Shown here piece after piece: positions 63,095 through 64,000 of a stretch of DNA of 64,000 nt; the first letter of the stretch is position 1; each line of letters starts with the position of its first letter. The stretch is from the NCBI GenBank assembly GCA_030704615.1, contig CM060733.1, positions 71,114,001 to 71,178,000 on the forward strand. Reading direction: 5' to 3'. The notes beneath the pieces were generated by a model. It was not told where the DNA came from and made no database searches. It saw only the letters and a list, made by a program, of their open reading frames with translations. The translations under genes and the position numbers were made by a program. The DNA comes from Takakia lepidozioides (Eukaryota > Plantae > Bryophyta).

Positions 63095-64000
63095 TGTTAG
63101 AGGACTGTCTGGGACTTAGACACTTATACGGGATCTGTAGGGTACCCTTAATTTTTGCACAGACTGAGACCAACAGGAGCCTTAGGGGTGACAGCAGCGC
63201 ACTGTAGAGAGGGGTTACACAGCCCGTCACAGTCGTCACAGCAGACACAGCCGACACAGCCAACATAGCCCGTCACAGTCGTCACAGCCGACACAGCCAT
63301 CACAGCCGACACAGCCACACAGCCAGTCACAGCCCGACACAGCCAAACACAGTCGCACAGCCAGTCAACAGCCCGTCACAGTTTCACACAGCCAGTCACA
63401 GCTTGACACAACTGTCACGATCATAGGGAACGGAGAGGTAGGACAGGGAACGACTGTGGGAAACAACAACCTGCGAAGGGAAACATGTTAGTTCACAGAC
63501 GACGTTTAGTGAGGGAAACGGTTAGAAACCACGGGTAGGAAGATAAAGGGAGAAGCGGGGAATTTTGGGGATATCATTCGGCGGAGGACTTCTTAGTCAT
63601 GGAGGAGAGGGGATCGGGCAGAGATGAAGAACGGAAGTGAAGATAGAAGAGATGATGAGTAGATGCTTGATATATGCAAGGCTGTAATGATATTGTAGAG
63701 CAGATTAGAGACACAATGGCTTCGGCCTGATACCTGATAAATCATAATCGGATACTTTTACGATACAATCACACTGTGTAGAGAGATCTGAGTGAAGCTG
63801 TGGAATGAATGGATGAGTTGATGGAATCCAATAGATTGATGAAGCAAACTGATACTTAATTATCAATGGTAAGATAGCTAACATGAATGCCAAAAGGGAA
63901 ACAAATAGGAAACACCCCCATGATACACTAGCTGTAGGTCATGACTGATTGTTCTGCGCGGGCTGAGTACTTAGAGATTTCCAACTCTTCTATCTTGGAG
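63095..64000 (+). repeat. 3' LTR (partial)
   Basis: Diverged copy of 60114-61020. Confidence 0.9.

Larger units (their letters stand above)
60114..64000 (+). mobile_element. Non-autonomous Ty3/gypsy-type LTR retrotransposon (gag only); 3' LTR runs off the window
   Basis: 5' LTR 60114-61068 (TG..CA), PBS, ~2-kb internal region, purine tract GGAGGAAGG, second LTR from 63095. Confidence 0.88.

Overview
Eukaryotic nuclear DNA from a land plant, probably a non-seed plant (bryophyte, lycophyte or fern; inferred from intron-containing genes, PLS-PPR fragments and TE types). All domain calls come from reading motifs by eye; no database search was run. Bases 1-15.6 kb hold an intron-containing RRM gene, a decayed L1-type LINE and a GPATCH11-like gene with a nonsense codon. 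The rest is a deep nest of transposons: an unpaired CACTA left end (15669) followed by host-gene fragments; a 32.7-kb CACTA element (26127-58785, 34-bp TIRs, GAC TSD) with decayed TnpD and TnpA; a CACTA MITE; several ends of a GGGGG/TGAGC-terminated element family (one complete copy has a 9-bp TSD, so Mutator-like); and a gag-only LTR retroelement. The main candidate for a new system is five decayed copies of a spliced gene fusing an N-terminal ParB/Srx-type domain (DGNHR) to a prokaryote-like beta-class N4C/N6A DNA methyltransferase fold with a non-canonical D-[I/F/L]-P-D catalytic loop. The two longest copies end just inside a Mutator-like terminus. One lies head-to-head with a GCM-like transposase fragment. 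The genes are accompanied by arrays of palindromes (16 bp dispersed, 36 bp tandem) sharing a CG[T/G]-TG-[A/C]CG core. A 16.2-kb inversion with 5-bp microhomology scrambles two of the copies.
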